Source of the DNA: a phage | Strand: one strand, 5' to 3' | Sequence record: PZ386965.1 | DNA length: 64,000 bases | Shown: in pieces, positions 1-10,514 of the stretch | How positions within the stretch are numbered: position 1 is the first letter of the stretch | Layout: every line of letters starts with the position of its first letter | Notes under the pieces: generated by a model | Seen by the model: only the letters and a program-made list of their open reading frames with translations | Told to the model about the DNA's origin: nothing | Database searches by the model: none | Translations under genes and position numbers: made by a program

Positions 1-128
1 ACACTATGAAGGAATGCATCAGTGTAGTATTCTAATTGAACAGGTTCTTTAATCACTTTAGCCGCTTTGGTTTCAAACAGGCCCATAAGGGCCTTTTTAA
101 GAATTTGTTCGTTAGTGTTCAGTTTCAT
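1..128 (-). CDS. hypothetical protein, N-terminal part only (gene runs off window start)
   Basis: ATG at 128 on minus strand opens a stop-free frame to the window edge (MKLNTNEQILKKALMGLFETKAAK...). Confidence 0.3.
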   Translation of the reverse strand, partial: MKLNTNEQILKKALMGLFETKAAKVIKEPVQLEYYTDAFLHS

Positions 129-175
129 AGTCAAAATCTCTTCGTTAAGTTTATAATTAAAACTTTTTCTAGAAA

Positions 176-1345
176 TCATTCCGGGTACCTCAAAGCGTCA
201 TCAGAGTTAGTTATATCAATAATAGATATGGAGTTTTCTGCTAACCCGTTTTTAGATAATTGACGTTTATAATACCTTTCACAATATGTACACGTTGACC
301 CACAGATTTCATTAGCACAATCAAAATCTGGATGTCTGAACCACCTTTTTTCTAAAAAGCCATCTAACAAAGAGGTTTCAATATTTACTGTATGTGAAAA
401 CTCAGTCTCATTTTCAAGAGTGAAAATAGTCTCTAAAGGCTTCCACAGTTCTAACAAATTACCTTCAAACTTTTCAGAAGCGTATGCTTCAAGAACTTTC
501 AAAATGTAGTCTGTGCTACCTGTACGTCCTGAAACTTTGAATTGAGTGATACCAATATCATTATAAAGTTTCAAATCTTGAGGACGAACAAAACGAGTTC
601 TCAACCAGTTAAATGGGTCTGTATCACGAGCTTTAATACAGTGCTGCATTGGATATCCATTTAAGGATTTAGCATCATCAGCGGTAACATCAGTACTATG
701 GAAAATATAGCAAGAGTCACGATAGCTACAATGTGTTGTATACCCTTTACCAGCATTAGAACAGAACTCATTTACAAGAACTTCAAATATTATATTGTTC
801 TTATTGCAAAACTCTGCTGCACGCTTCAGGAAAGAAACTGAACGGTTCTTATGAATTCCACAGCAGACCTTTTTGATATTATATTGGTCATGCAAGTATT
901 TGATTTGAGTTACGGCATCAACATGTAGAATTGTTGAAACTTCAATCTCAATATCTTTATTGACTTCACGAACAATTTCCATAACAACAGGGTTAGCGAT
1001 AGTAATACGCCATACGCCTATTGACCAAAGATACTGAACATAATCCTGAATAGCTTTCTTCTTCCACTCAACTAGTTCTCTTTTTGAACCAGGATTTATC
1101 GTGTTGAGTGTATAGTTAAAGCAAATACCTAATTCATTACAACGTTTAACATAGTCTTCTAACATCTTTTTGTCAACGTCAGGAAGCCTAAAATCAGGTC
1201 TGGCTGCTACAAAAGCCATTTCTCTTGTAGAACCATATACTTCGTTTATCAAGCTATTAGGATAGGTTTTATTGAGCTCTACGATTTTATCAAGAAGAGC
1301 TAAATCAAAATTCGTTCCGATTTTAAAAGTATTCATTTTTTGCAT
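176..1345 (-). CDS. hypothetical 389-aa protein with C-terminal CxxxCxxC cysteine cluster; first gene of the sugar-nucleotide module
   Basis: Long ORF from track; C-terminal CANEICGSTCTYC cluster; immediately downstream of HAD phosphatase and NTase/kinase genes. Confidence 0.6.
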   Translation of the reverse strand: MQKMNTFKIGTNFDLALLDKIVELNKTYPNSLINEVYGSTREMAFVAARPDFRLPDVDKKMLEDYVKRCNELGICFNYTLNTINPGSKRELVEWKKKAIQDYVQYLWSIGVWRITIANPVVMEIVREVNKDIEIEVSTILHVDAVTQIKYLHDQYNIKKVCCGIHKNRSVSFLKRAAEFCNKNNIIFEVLVNEFCSNAGKGYTTHCSYRDSCYIFHSTDVTADDAKSLNGYPMQHCIKARDTDPFNWLRTRFVRPQDLKLYNDIGITQFKVSGRTGSTDYILKVLEAYASEKFEGNLLELWKPLETIFTLENETEFSHTVNIETSLLDGFLEKRWFRHPDFDCANEICGSTCTYCERYYKRQLSKNGLAENSISIIDITNSDDALRYPE

Positions 1346-1391
1346 CTCGCGTTAATTGATGCGATGGTTTTTACAGGTCTTACTTAAATTA

Positions 1392-1778
1392 TTATAGATT
1401 CGGTTTATATGATTTAAATGTTTCGAATTCGCCTTTATTCATAAGAGTTTTGAATTCGTCAGGACGCATAGCTTTGTCGTCGATAATCCAATCATATACT
1501 GGTTTATGTGTTAGCAAATTATGGTACTTCAAACCAATGTTTTCCAAGTTCTGAATCAGACTTGGGAGAATGTCAATTGCTATACGACCAGGACCTACTG
1601 ACTTCATACCACGAGCAGTGTAAAGCGTTATGGTATGCCCTGCATCATACAGGGCATTAATGGCAGACACCATTTCGACGTCCGGTTTGAAGTTCACGTA
1701 ATCACGATTGTTATTCCACTCTGTTATACAATCATCGACATCAAAACAAAGATTAAGCATGTTTTCTACACGGTGCAT
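1392..1778 (-). CDS. HAD-superfamily phosphatase-like protein
   Basis: Asp-rich DxD motif near N-terminus (FDVDDCIT); ATG overlaps upstream stop (TAATG); track ORF trimmed to internal ATG. Confidence 0.55.
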   Translation of the reverse strand: MHRVENMLNLCFDVDDCITEWNNNRDYVNFKPDVEMVSAINALYDAGHTITLYTARGMKSVGPGRIAIDILPSLIQNLENIGLKYHNLLTHKPVYDWIIDDKAMRPDEFKTLMNKGEFETFKSYKPNL

Positions 1779-3463
1779 TAGATTCGTTCCCATTGATGAG
1801 TGATATCGCCACCGATTGGACGATAGGAAACACCAGTTTCTTTATCAGTTAGTACCCATTTACCAGGATTTTTTGTAATCAGAGTAGCCATTACAGGTTC
1901 TGCTACGTCATAACTAATAGAGCCATCTTGAAGTACACGACCCATGTTACGTAATTGCTTAGTCAGAAGTTCCATACCTTTATAATATGCGGCTACCGCT
2001 TTAAGTGGATTATTCTTGAAATAACCACCTAATGCAATCCAGATAATTGCTACTGCCAAATGATGATACTCGTTAAACGAACTCATCTTTCCATATTTGT
2101 AAACTAATGGATTGATGTTAATAGTCACATTACAAGTTGTTTCATCAATAGTAAACTGTCCCCAGGTCGGATTAGCATTGAATTCATCATAACCTGAAAC
2201 AGCATAAAGCACTTTAGCTTCATCGTACAATTTTGGCCCGTAAATCTTGGTTTCACCAAAATATCCACGAGGGTCGATAAACTTGACTTCGCCGTTATCA
2301 GTAATCATAGTATTACTGAAGTTCGGGTCACCATGAATAACAGAGTACTGTCCCTGAGAACGGTTATGATAACGAATAAGATGTTCTAAAGCTTGTTTCA
2401 ACATTGGCTTCAGACGTCCAATCTTAGTGTAGTTCACGTGTGTGATTTTACCAAATGAATCAATCAATGGCTGAATGCTTTCACAACGATCAATAACTTT
2501 CGTATAGAACTCTTTAGTGAAATCACGGCGAACAGTTTCAGGACTTACAAAATAAGTGTCCGTGCTGAATTTCAGTGCATCTAAAATTGCATCAACAATT
2601 TGTGGACGAGCAAGACTTGATTTGGATTTAATATATTCAAATGCCGGCTTACCTTTAATACGTTCCATTTCAAAATTATTTTCATTTACCGAAACTAACT
2701 GAGGAACTGAATCTGATTTCACTTTCAAGTACCATGAAATCTCATCTTTTTGAAGAGCTCGACCTTGTTCGGTTAACGCGAATTTAGTTACAGTTTCTTC
2801 GCCAATTTCAACTGCATTAAAACTACGATTAAGTTCACGAACTTCATGAGCTTTTTCAAGTTTAGGCATATCACCTAAATCAATTAGATTCATAAGCTCT
2901 GATTTATTGAATGCACTCCCGTAAAGGAATTCTACAAAATCACGTCCTTTGCAGTATTCGTGAATTTCCTCATCAGTAGAACCCATGTAGAATTCCCAGT
3001 CTTTGAACTGATAAATTCCTACAACATTACCGCCTGTTGAACCTACGTTAGTGATATTTTCACCATCGAAATTATATCGACATTCATCACCCTTAACATA
3101 GATTGCGTTAACATTCCAAGACCATGAACCAAAATCAGGAATAATATCACACCAGTTAACAATTACGTTATGTCCATCTAAATCTTTGTATAATTTAGCA
3201 AGAGCATAAGCAGAACCATACGCTTCATCAACTGTACGAATAGTCACATTGAACCCTTCTTGCTCACAATAAGCTCGAACAGTTTCAGCAAATTTTGAAT
3301 GAACTACTACAATAATTTCATCTGCGCCAAGGTCAGAATAAATTGTATACAAATTGCTCAGAATAGTGTCTTGTTTATAGTTAACAAGCACCTTAGGAAT
3401 ATGATGCGTTATTGGATACAAACGAGTTGCCAGTCCAGCACCAAGAATAACAGCTTTTTTCAT
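1778..3463 (-). CDS. bifunctional sugar-1-phosphate nucleotidyltransferase / sugar kinase (APH-like)
   Basis: N-terminal GxGTRLxPIT-type signature (ILGAGLATRLYPIT) of NDP-sugar pyrophosphorylases; C-terminal HGDxxxxN (HGDPNFSN) and IDPRG kinase motifs. Confidence 0.7.
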   Translation of the reverse strand: MKKAVILGAGLATRLYPITHHIPKVLVNYKQDTILSNLYTIYSDLGADEIIVVVHSKFAETVRAYCEQEGFNVTIRTVDEAYGSAYALAKLYKDLDGHNVIVNWCDIIPDFGSWSWNVNAIYVKGDECRYNFDGENITNVGSTGGNVVGIYQFKDWEFYMGSTDEEIHEYCKGRDFVEFLYGSAFNKSELMNLIDLGDMPKLEKAHEVRELNRSFNAVEIGEETVTKFALTEQGRALQKDEISWYLKVKSDSVPQLVSVNENNFEMERIKGKPAFEYIKSKSSLARPQIVDAILDALKFSTDTYFVSPETVRRDFTKEFYTKVIDRCESIQPLIDSFGKITHVNYTKIGRLKPMLKQALEHLIRYHNRSQGQYSVIHGDPNFSNTMITDNGEVKFIDPRGYFGETKIYGPKLYDEAKVLYAVSGYDEFNANPTWGQFTIDETTCNVTININPLVYKYGKMSSFNEYHHLAVAIIWIALGGYFKNNPLKAVAAYYKGMELLTKQLRNMGRVLQDGSISYDVAEPVMATLITKNPGKWVLTDKETGVSYRPIGGDITHQWERI

Positions 3464-3504
3464 GTTGTGGTCCTCATTGGTAAGTAGGTGTATTGTACAC
3501 TATT

Positions 3505-3615
3505 CTAGTTAAAGCATTCATACTTTGCTTGTAGTCCAATCATAATCCATCCGATTATAAGAGTCGGAATCATTACTGGAGCCGTTAAGCTCCAGTAGAT
3601 AGTCATGACAAGCAT
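3505..3615 (-). CDS. possible small hydrophobic protein (36 aa)
   Basis: Short ORF MLVMTIYWSLTAPVMIPTLIIGWIMIGLQAKYECFN in the intergenic gap; no motif support. Confidence 0.2.
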   Translation of the reverse strand: MLVMTIYWSLTAPVMIPTLIIGWIMIGLQAKYECFN

Positions 3616-3644
3616 CAATAGTAAAAGTCCTATTGTTATTGCTT

Positions 3645-4280
3645 TCATTGCTCGCCTCGTAACATGGCACCTAGTGCACCGCCTGGATGGAACTTAAGGA
3701 AGTCATTAGAGGTAAATCCACGTTCAGACGAAAGGTTGATAGCGAACGTATCGATAAGCGCTAACAACAATGTAGTGGACATTGTCGGAGCTAAAGAGTT
3801 CTCGTCAACTTCTACCGCGATACCGGTACAGAACGTATAATCAAAAAGAGCTTCGTATTCTTGCGGAATGTCCGGGTTACAATGCAACAGAATCTGTTTA
3901 ACCTGAGGACGAATCATACGAAGATGTTTAGCAACACCTATCATTTCTTCAGTTTTACCAGAACGACTAATATGAATCAACACGTCATTAGGCGCAATGA
4001 ATCCTGCATCACCGTGAGAATAATGCCCAGTGTTCAAGTACATACTTGGGATACCGAGTGAAGCAAATGTCTCGGAAGCTTTAGTTGCAATATTAGCATT
4101 CTTACCAACACCTGTAATAATTACTCGGCTTTCATAATTACTAAGACCAGGGCGTCGAAGAGTTTCTAGAATAGCATTATAACGAGCAGGGTTTTGACTA
4201 ATTACTTTAGCCATAGCGGCCAAAGAAGAAGCTTGTTTTATGATTGCGTCAATAGCGATATTAATAGGAGTAGTTTTCAT
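3645..4280 (-). CDS. SIS-domain sugar-phosphate isomerase (arabinose-5-P / heptose isomerase-like)
   Basis: SIS-like phosphosugar-binding region (ITGVGKNANIATKASETFASLGI), ~210 aa typical of single-domain SIS isomerases. Confidence 0.65.
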   Translation of the reverse strand: MKTTPINIAIDAIIKQASSLAAMAKVISQNPARYNAILETLRRPGLSNYESRVIITGVGKNANIATKASETFASLGIPSMYLNTGHYSHGDAGFIAPNDVLIHISRSGKTEEMIGVAKHLRMIRPQVKQILLHCNPDIPQEYEALFDYTFCTGIAVEVDENSLAPTMSTTLLLALIDTFAINLSSERGFTSNDFLKFHPGGALGAMLRGEQ

Positions 4281-4320
4281 ATTTCTCTCATTTAATTAGT
4301 TTACCGTCCATGGTATTATA

Positions 4321-7032
4321 TCAAAAATCGAACATATCGAACAGAGATGCTTTCTTCTCGTAATCGAGTTTCGCTGCTGATGTGAATCCTTCAAGTGGTT
4401 TAATAAATGTCTTCTCAAGGAGAACAGTGTAGTCCATCCAATGAAGTACGTCGTCTTTAATTAAATCTGTGATTTCAGTACCAGAAGGCCATGCGATACA
4501 TTTATCACCGAATGGGTTTCCTTCACGTAAAGGCAGAACATATACTTTTTCACCTTCTACAACTTGTGGAGCATCAATATTACCTTTGATAGCCCGGTTA
4601 TACGTCAGAATTCCACGAATATGGAACGGACATTTAGGGCCAGGGAATCCACCAACATCATATTTAGCAATGTTATTCGCAGAAGATACCGACGCGATGC
4701 TAATATAATTCAATTGACGGAATTCTTTTTCAAACTCTTTAAAATATTCTTGTAATGATTCTTCACCTTCTTGAAGCATACGACGAATACATTCCTTAAG
4801 AGCTTTCTGTACTGCTTTAGGAGTCGAAGATTTCTGAGTCTCGAGACCCATGATTTTGAGTTTAGGCTCAGCGTATCTGGTTCCTTCCATATCCCACACG
4901 TTTAATGCATAACGTTTCTTACCAGTCCAAAATCCGCCAATACCTTTAGAACCGAGCGGAGGGCCAGCAATAGCTTCTCGGTCCATGAACATTAAGTGTT
5001 GTTTATTGTTCATGTATTCACACATTTCACGGAAACCTCTATCAATAGCTGGTTCCATACGTTCACGTGCAAACTTATCTAAGAAGTCTACCCAATGGTT
5101 AGTATCACGGAATTTAGATTCACCAACCTTATCAATAATTTTATCTGCAGATACGTAAATAGAGTCTGTATCACCATAAAGAACGAAAGCTTCACCTTCT
5201 GTACCACAAACTTCATTCAGATATTCATTAACTTTACGTTCAATCCACTGTAAAGCCATTTGTCCGAATGTTGTGATTGCAGTAGCATTACGCAAATCAT
5301 AATAACGGAACCAGACGTTGCCAAGTGCACCATAAAGTGAGTTGATAAGCAATTTACGGTTAATTTGTGCAGTCATACCTGCAACTTCAGTACGTTGAGC
5401 TCTAAACAACATTTCATTAAGAGATTTAGCAGACAACTTTTTAATCTTTTCTTTAATCTCATCACTGAAGTCGAAACGATAATCAACATCTAATGGTTCG
5501 TCAACAGAAAGATTAGGATTATGCAATGCCTCTTTAATTATTTCACCGTTACGTTGAGCTGCAAGCATGTAACCTTTATGTTCTTTACGTTGATTAAAGA
5601 CCTTAGTGATTTCAGTTGGAACTACACCATCACGATCTTTATAATACATCATGCCGTTAGGAGAACAACTGTACACATCTGAAGGACGTTCAGCGATTGC
5701 GTTAATATAATCATGCAATGGAGCTACTTTAAACGTTCCTGCTATTGTTTCCGGGCTAATATTCACTTGGCGAATAATACTTGGATACAGAGATGTAAGG
5801 TCGAAACTCATTACATATTTGTATCGATTTGGAATAGGTTCCTTAACAAAAGCGCCAGGATAAGGTTGAACCGGGTGAGAACGACCTTGTGGAATCACCT
5901 TGTTCTGCTCTTTAAGGCTATTAAAAATAATAGCATCCCATGTTTTAATTGGGCTAAACACAGATTGAATCTGTATCTTAGCATAATAACCCATGTCCAA
6001 ACTCAAGTTGATGAACTGACGCTTAGCATCAATTTGCAATACACGATACACGTCGATAATGTTATAAGAAATATATCGTTGGTGATTGCTTTCACGAAGC
6101 TTAGAAATAGGGCCGTCATATTTCAGTTTACCAACGTTCAATTCAAATTCTGAAATGTAATCCAGAGAATACGACGGTTGATTGGTAAAAGAGAATTTTT
6201 TGTAAAGGTCGATATAATCAAGAACAGAGATACCGAACAATGTAATGATTTCACGAGAACCATACATGTTTTCGATAACTTTAACACGAGTTTTACGATG
6301 TGGTGATAAACGTTTCGCAGTAGATTCGCCAAAAATATTCTTGATTCTGTTATACACATATGGAATATCAAATGACTCAACGTTCCATCCAGTCAAAATG
6401 ACAGGAGTTTTCTGTTGCCAGAAGTTGAGATATTCCATCAACAATTCTTTTTCGTTATCGAACGGCATATAAATGATTTTATCGATAATTTCAGATGGAA
6501 CTTCATCACCACCTTGTTCTTGAAGCTTAGCCGCAATTTCGATAGACCATTCTTCTACATTACCATACGGAGAATTCAATAGATCAAATACGTAGAACCT
6601 GTCGTCAATTGAGTCATAATGGGTGATAGCATCAATCGGATGTTTTGCTTGTGACGGCTCAGGGAACCCATCCGGAGATGTTACTTCGATGTCGAAGTTA
6701 GCCACACGAATTTTTGTATGGTCGTATTTGATTTCATAGTTATAAGTGTCAGACAAATACGCCAATTTGAAATCGTCCATGCCAAGTGCTTCAAGTCCGA
6801 TATCTTCCATGCGTTTAATCCATTGGGAGGCATCACGCATATTAGCGAACAACTTACGAGTACACGGCTTACCGTAGATATCGAAATATTTCGTAGCCTG
6901 ACTTTCTGGACAATGAGCAAACAGTGATGGTTTATATTCTACTTCACGAGTACGTTCACGGCCATTAGAATCGATGTAACGTTCAAAAATTGAATCACCA
7001 ATCTGTTCAACCGTTAAGTAAAATTCTTTCAT
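4321..7032 (-). CDS. 43: DNA polymerase (family B, T4 gp43 type)
   Basis: 903 aa; exonuclease FDIEVTS and polymerase YGDTDS motifs; N-terminus MKEFYLTVEQIGDSIFERYID matches RB69/T4 gp43 as I recall it. Confidence 0.97.
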   Translation of the reverse strand: MKEFYLTVEQIGDSIFERYIDSNGRERTREVEYKPSLFAHCPESQATKYFDIYGKPCTRKLFANMRDASQWIKRMEDIGLEALGMDDFKLAYLSDTYNYEIKYDHTKIRVANFDIEVTSPDGFPEPSQAKHPIDAITHYDSIDDRFYVFDLLNSPYGNVEEWSIEIAAKLQEQGGDEVPSEIIDKIIYMPFDNEKELLMEYLNFWQQKTPVILTGWNVESFDIPYVYNRIKNIFGESTAKRLSPHRKTRVKVIENMYGSREIITLFGISVLDYIDLYKKFSFTNQPSYSLDYISEFELNVGKLKYDGPISKLRESNHQRYISYNIIDVYRVLQIDAKRQFINLSLDMGYYAKIQIQSVFSPIKTWDAIIFNSLKEQNKVIPQGRSHPVQPYPGAFVKEPIPNRYKYVMSFDLTSLYPSIIRQVNISPETIAGTFKVAPLHDYINAIAERPSDVYSCSPNGMMYYKDRDGVVPTEITKVFNQRKEHKGYMLAAQRNGEIIKEALHNPNLSVDEPLDVDYRFDFSDEIKEKIKKLSAKSLNEMLFRAQRTEVAGMTAQINRKLLINSLYGALGNVWFRYYDLRNATAITTFGQMALQWIERKVNEYLNEVCGTEGEAFVLYGDTDSIYVSADKIIDKVGESKFRDTNHWVDFLDKFARERMEPAIDRGFREMCEYMNNKQHLMFMDREAIAGPPLGSKGIGGFWTGKKRYALNVWDMEGTRYAEPKLKIMGLETQKSSTPKAVQKALKECIRRMLQEGEESLQEYFKEFEKEFRQLNYISIASVSSANNIAKYDVGGFPGPKCPFHIRGILTYNRAIKGNIDAPQVVEGEKVYVLPLREGNPFGDKCIAWPSGTEITDLIKDDVLHWMDYTVLLEKTFIKPLEGFTSAAKLDYEKKASLFDMFDF

Positions 7033-7090
7033 TTAATTTCCTTTAGACGAGTTATTGTCTTTTGTTTGTTGATGAACTTATTATACTCCA

Positions 7091-7111
7091 AATGGGACCG
7101 AAGTCCCATTG
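7091..7111 (-). terminator. stem-loop with UUCG tetraloop between regA and gene 43
   Basis: GGGAC-TTCG-GTCCC hairpin on transcribed strand. Confidence 0.4.
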
Positions 7112-7113
7112 CT

Positions 7114-7482
7114 TTAATTACCAATTGTATATTTTGCTTTCAAAGTCCAGTCATCTTTCTGTTTAAAAGAGATAACACGGAAGTTATTAGTCAGGCCAAA
7201 CAGATCTTCACGAGCAGAGTCTTCAATAACAATTAATCCCCAGTCTTCAAGCAACTGAGCAATCGAATCACGTCGCTGATAGTCTTCACCATCAATATCA
7301 ACCTGACGTCCATCCATACGCAACATTTCTTTAAAGTGGACGATATAATACTTACCTTGCTTTTGGAGGATATGACAAGACTGGTAAAGGACTTTATCCT
7401 TGTTATTAGCGATGCCCATACGAGTCAAAGTCTCTTTGACTTTCAGAAAATCTTCAGGGTTCTTCAATTTAATTTCAATCAT
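7114..7482 (-). CDS. regA: translational repressor RegA
   Basis: 122 aa from MIEIKLKNPEDFLKVKETLTRMGIANNKDKVLYQSCHILQK, collinear with T4 RegA; start overlaps gene 62 stop. Confidence 0.9.
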   Translation of the reverse strand: MIEIKLKNPEDFLKVKETLTRMGIANNKDKVLYQSCHILQKQGKYYIVHFKEMLRMDGRQVDIDGEDYQRRDSIAQLLEDWGLIVIEDSAREDLFGLTNNFRVISFKQKDDWTLKAKYTIGN

Positions 7483-7484
7483 TT

Positions 7485-8048
7485 TTACCATTCCAATGCT
7501 ATTTTTTTAAATTGTTTTTGTTCTTTCACATTTTTTGTAACTTCTTTGAGAAACTCATCAGTGACCATGGCCTTCAGTTCTTTAAGGACTATTGGCAGCT
7601 TGTTATTTTTTTCAAGGAGCCGCTTATACTCGGTAGCATCATTCATGTTGATTGTGTAACGTTTCATCAACAGTTTGATAACTAGTAACTCTGAAGTGTC
7701 TTCGACTAGTTTAGCCCATTTAGAGAATCGACGACCATGCGGAATTGCCACCATCATATAGTTGAAGTGCGCTTCATCACTTAATTCAGAACCGACTAAG
7801 TTCATCATGTAAACAGCTGGCATACATTCCGGGAACTGTGATAATGAGTTCTCAACCATAAATTTTGAGTAGTCGACCTGAGCAATTGACATAGATTTCT
7901 TTTCATTAATAGCATTAATGATTTTAAAGAATTCATTCTCAGGTTTTTCTTTAAACATATCAGCACATTTTTGAATCGCATCAGCGTCATTAGACTTCCA
8001 TGCAATTTGGTGCTCGTTAAGTTGGACGTCATCATCAAATAAGTTCAT
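7485..8048 (-). CDS. 62: clamp loader small subunit gp62
   Basis: 187 aa, position between 44 and regA as in T4. Confidence 0.85.
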   Translation of the reverse strand: MNLFDDDVQLNEHQIAWKSNDADAIQKCADMFKEKPENEFFKIINAINEKKSMSIAQVDYSKFMVENSLSQFPECMPAVYMMNLVGSELSDEAHFNYMMVAIPHGRRFSKWAKLVEDTSELLVIKLLMKRYTINMNDATEYKRLLEKNNKLPIVLKELKAMVTDEFLKEVTKNVKEQKQFKKIALEW

Positions 8049-8049
8049 A

Positions 8050-9012
8050 TTATTTCCAAGTCAGTTCGCAGGTCAGTTGAAGAAGCATATACATAACATG
8101 TAATTCAATATTACTTGCTAATCCATGAAACTTATTATTTTCGCCTGCAATTTCATAAAGCGAAATAATACTTTTACCAGGTGCAACTTGGTCATAACAT
8201 TCTGAAACTAATTTATCGATGAACCATGAATAATCTGCAGCATATTTTGGAGCTAATGCACGAAGTTGTTTGATATCTTTGTTCTTCATTGCTTCGATAA
8301 CATCAGAGACTGTGCCACGGTCATTAGTTACGATAGACAAAATACCTGCATCAAGAACACCTTTAGACGAGTACTGGTCTAATTGACCAATTGTACGACG
8401 AAAGTCCGGGAAGTTCTTTTTAACCAGAGCTGCAACAACTTTCATATCAGCGATTTCGATATTTTCATTCTTACAGATTTCAACCATACGATGAATCATT
8501 TTCTTCATCATCGAGATTTTATCTTCTTCGGTTGGACGTCCGAATTCGATAACTCGACAACGACTACGTAATGGTTCAATAATTCCATCGATGTTGTTAG
8601 CAGTAATAACAATAGAGCAGTTACTAGAGAATTCTTCCATAAACGTACGAAGGTGACGTTGTGATTCGGCGAGGCCACTACGGTCAAATTCATCAATAAC
8701 AATAACTTTAGGCTTGCCTTCCATTGAGACTGAACGAGCGAATGCAGTTAACGGACCACGCACAAAATCAATCTTACAATCAGAACCGTTGACGAACATC
8801 ATTTCGGCATTGATATCATTACATAATGCTTTTGCTACGGTTGTTTTACCTGTACCAGGAGAAGGAGAGTGCAAAATAATATGAGGAAGTTTTCCTTTAG
8901 ATACTAAAGACTTGAATGTTTCATGGTCATACGCAGGCAGAATACATTCGTCAATGGAAGAAGGACGATATTTCTGTTCTAGAATGTGTTCTTTAGAATT
9001 GATAGTAATCAT
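8050..9012 (-). CDS. 44: clamp loader ATPase gp44
   Basis: Walker [11 protein letters not shown], Walker B VIVIDEFD; [19 protein letters not shown]-terminus as in T4 gp44. Confidence 0.95.
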   Translation of the reverse strand: MITINSKEHILEQKYRPSSIDECILPAYDHETFKSLVSKGKLPHIILHSPSPGTGKTTVAKALCNDINAEMMFVNGSDCKIDFVRGPLTAFARSVSMEGKPKVIVIDEFDRSGLAESQRHLRTFMEEFSSNCSIVITANNIDGIIEPLRSRCRVIEFGRPTEEDKISMMKKMIHRMVEICKNENIEIADMKVVAALVKKNFPDFRRTIGQLDQYSSKGVLDAGILSIVTNDRGTVSDVIEAMKNKDIKQLRALAPKYAADYSWFIDKLVSECYDQVAPGKSIISLYEIAGENNKFHGLASNIELHVMYMLLQLTCELTWK

Positions 9013-9087
9013 GTAATTTTCCTCATTATCATTAAACTGGAGGATTTCTCCTCCATAATCGTATCACAATAAACGTAAAGCTTTGAC

Positions 9088-9774
9088 TTAGAAGTCGTGA
9101 GTAGAATCGGCTTCCATCGCAATAACATAACTTACTTGAGAGCTTTCAAACTTAGCTGCAACTTTATCACCAGCTCCCCACAACATTACTTTATAGTTAC
9201 CTGGCTGGATTTTCATATTAGCCATATTGATTACGAAGTTAAAGTTGTTAGAACCATCATAATCAGTAAGAGTCAAAGAATACTTAGGACGAGTTAGACC
9301 AGAATCTTCAACTTTATTATAACCATTGATAACAATTTTACCATCTTTATTTGTAATAGCAATTGTATCAATCTGAAGACCACGTGAAACTCGAAGCAAT
9401 TGTTGAAGGTCTTCAGCTTTAATTTCAGTAATCACAGAAGCCACTGGGAATTGAATTGGCTTATTAGGAAAAACAATGGTGCTCTTGTCAGCGGCAGGCC
9501 AATAAACCGTGGAACGTGTATCTGCAATTTTAATATTGCCATCGGTGTGCATTGAAATTTCGGCATCATCAGACACTAGACTCAAAATGCTTAAGAAGCT
9601 ATTCAAATCATAAAGTGCTACGTCAAAATCAATTTCATCAGAGATATTTGCTTCCGCATAAGTGGTGCCATTAACTGCACGAGTCATAATAAATTTACCT
9701 TGACTCAGCAGAATGCCGGAGTTAATAGAGGCAAAGTTTTTCAGAATAGCGATAGTATCTTTAGACAGTTTCAT
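9088..9774 (-). CDS. 45: sliding clamp gp45
   Basis: 228 aa from MKLSKDTIAILKNF; collinear with T4 gp45. Confidence 0.93.
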   Translation of the reverse strand: MKLSKDTIAILKNFASINSGILLSQGKFIMTRAVNGTTYAEANISDEIDFDVALYDLNSFLSILSLVSDDAEISMHTDGNIKIADTRSTVYWPAADKSTIVFPNKPIQFPVASVITEIKAEDLQQLLRVSRGLQIDTIAITNKDGKIVINGYNKVEDSGLTRPKYSLTLTDYDGSNNFNFVINMANMKIQPGNYKVMLWGAGDKVAAKFESSQVSYVIAMEADSTHDF

Positions 9775-9816
9775 TTTATTTCCTTTCAAGACAATTCAAA
9801 GTTTATAACAAATTTA

Positions 9817-10233
9817 TTATGCAGCAACCATTTGCTTTTTGATAGCTTCAGGCAGTGATTCAATATATTCTGGAATTTTAGAAGCAACAATTTCGCCAGC
9901 TGCAATTAGTTGTTCGTCGGCATCAACACAATAGAAATCTTCCAGACGCTCAGAACCATCTTTATCAAGAACGATTTTTCCACCTGCTTCAATAGAATCT
10001 TTATAGTGCTTACGCATCAGATGAATCCACATATCAGATACATCGTTATCAATAAAACCATAAATCATAAAACGAGTTTCTTGTGGCAAAGATTGAAGCT
10101 TTTTAGCACTTGCGTCATCACAATGCAGGACCCATGCTTTACGAACACGATTATGGTTATGCGGGTTAGCGTCAGTACGGATAGAAGTAACTTTCAGATC
10201 AGCAGCGGTAAAACCTTTAGCAGTAGTAAACAT
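9817..10233 (-). CDS. rpbA: RNA polymerase binding protein RpbA
   Basis: Position between 45 and 45.2; size similar to T4 RpbA. Confidence 0.7.
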   Translation of the reverse strand: MFTTAKGFTAADLKVTSIRTDANPHNHNRVRKAWVLHCDDASAKKLQSLPQETRFMIYGFIDNDVSDMWIHLMRKHYKDSIEAGGKIVLDKDGSERLEDFYCVDADEQLIAAGEIVASKIPEYIESLPEAIKKQMVAA

Positions 10234-10245
10234 ATTATTTCTCTC

Positions 10246-10437
10246 TTATTCGTAGAAGTCAGTAACTGTCCATGCGGAATTGCGATTAGACATTATTTTA
10301 TTATACTCATCTTTAAAAGCAGATTTGAGCATTTGTTCAGTAACAATATGTTCTTCACCTGAAAACGTATTGGTCAAAACATATTTTTTAATTTCAGGGA
10401 CAACGAGAAGATGTTGTCCGGTTGAATACTCCGCCAT
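10246..10437 (-). CDS. gp45.2-like small protein
   Basis: 63-aa ORF in T4 45.2 position. Confidence 0.6.
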   Translation of the reverse strand: MAEYSTGQHLLVVPEIKKYVLTNTFSGEEHIVTEQMLKSAFKDEYNKIMSNRNSAWTVTDFYE

Positions 10438-10461
10438 TATAAATCTCCGTGTTTAAAGCAA

Positions 10462-10469
10462 TATAAATA
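10462..10469 (+). promoter_or_regulatory. late promoter TATAAATA upstream of HNH endonuclease gene
   Basis: Exact TATAAATA about 45 nt upstream of ATG at 10515. Confidence 0.5.
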
Positions 10470-10514
10470 GGTTTATCAATTTATCTGTTGCTGTATCAAA
10501 TAAGGATTTAGTAA

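Noticed and set aside
36-263. 75-aa plus-strand ORF at the window start
   Set aside because: It overlaps the 3' end of the 389-aa minus-strand gene and the partial upstream gene, with no RBS; the strand context is uniformly minus.
4469-6927. Several plus-strand ORFs of 60-146 aa inside the DNA polymerase gene (4469..4708, 5713..6153, 6245..6472, 6718..6927)
   Set aside because: They are antisense to a well-supported 903-aa gene, have no RBS or motif support, and their lengths are what an AT-rich genome gives by chance.
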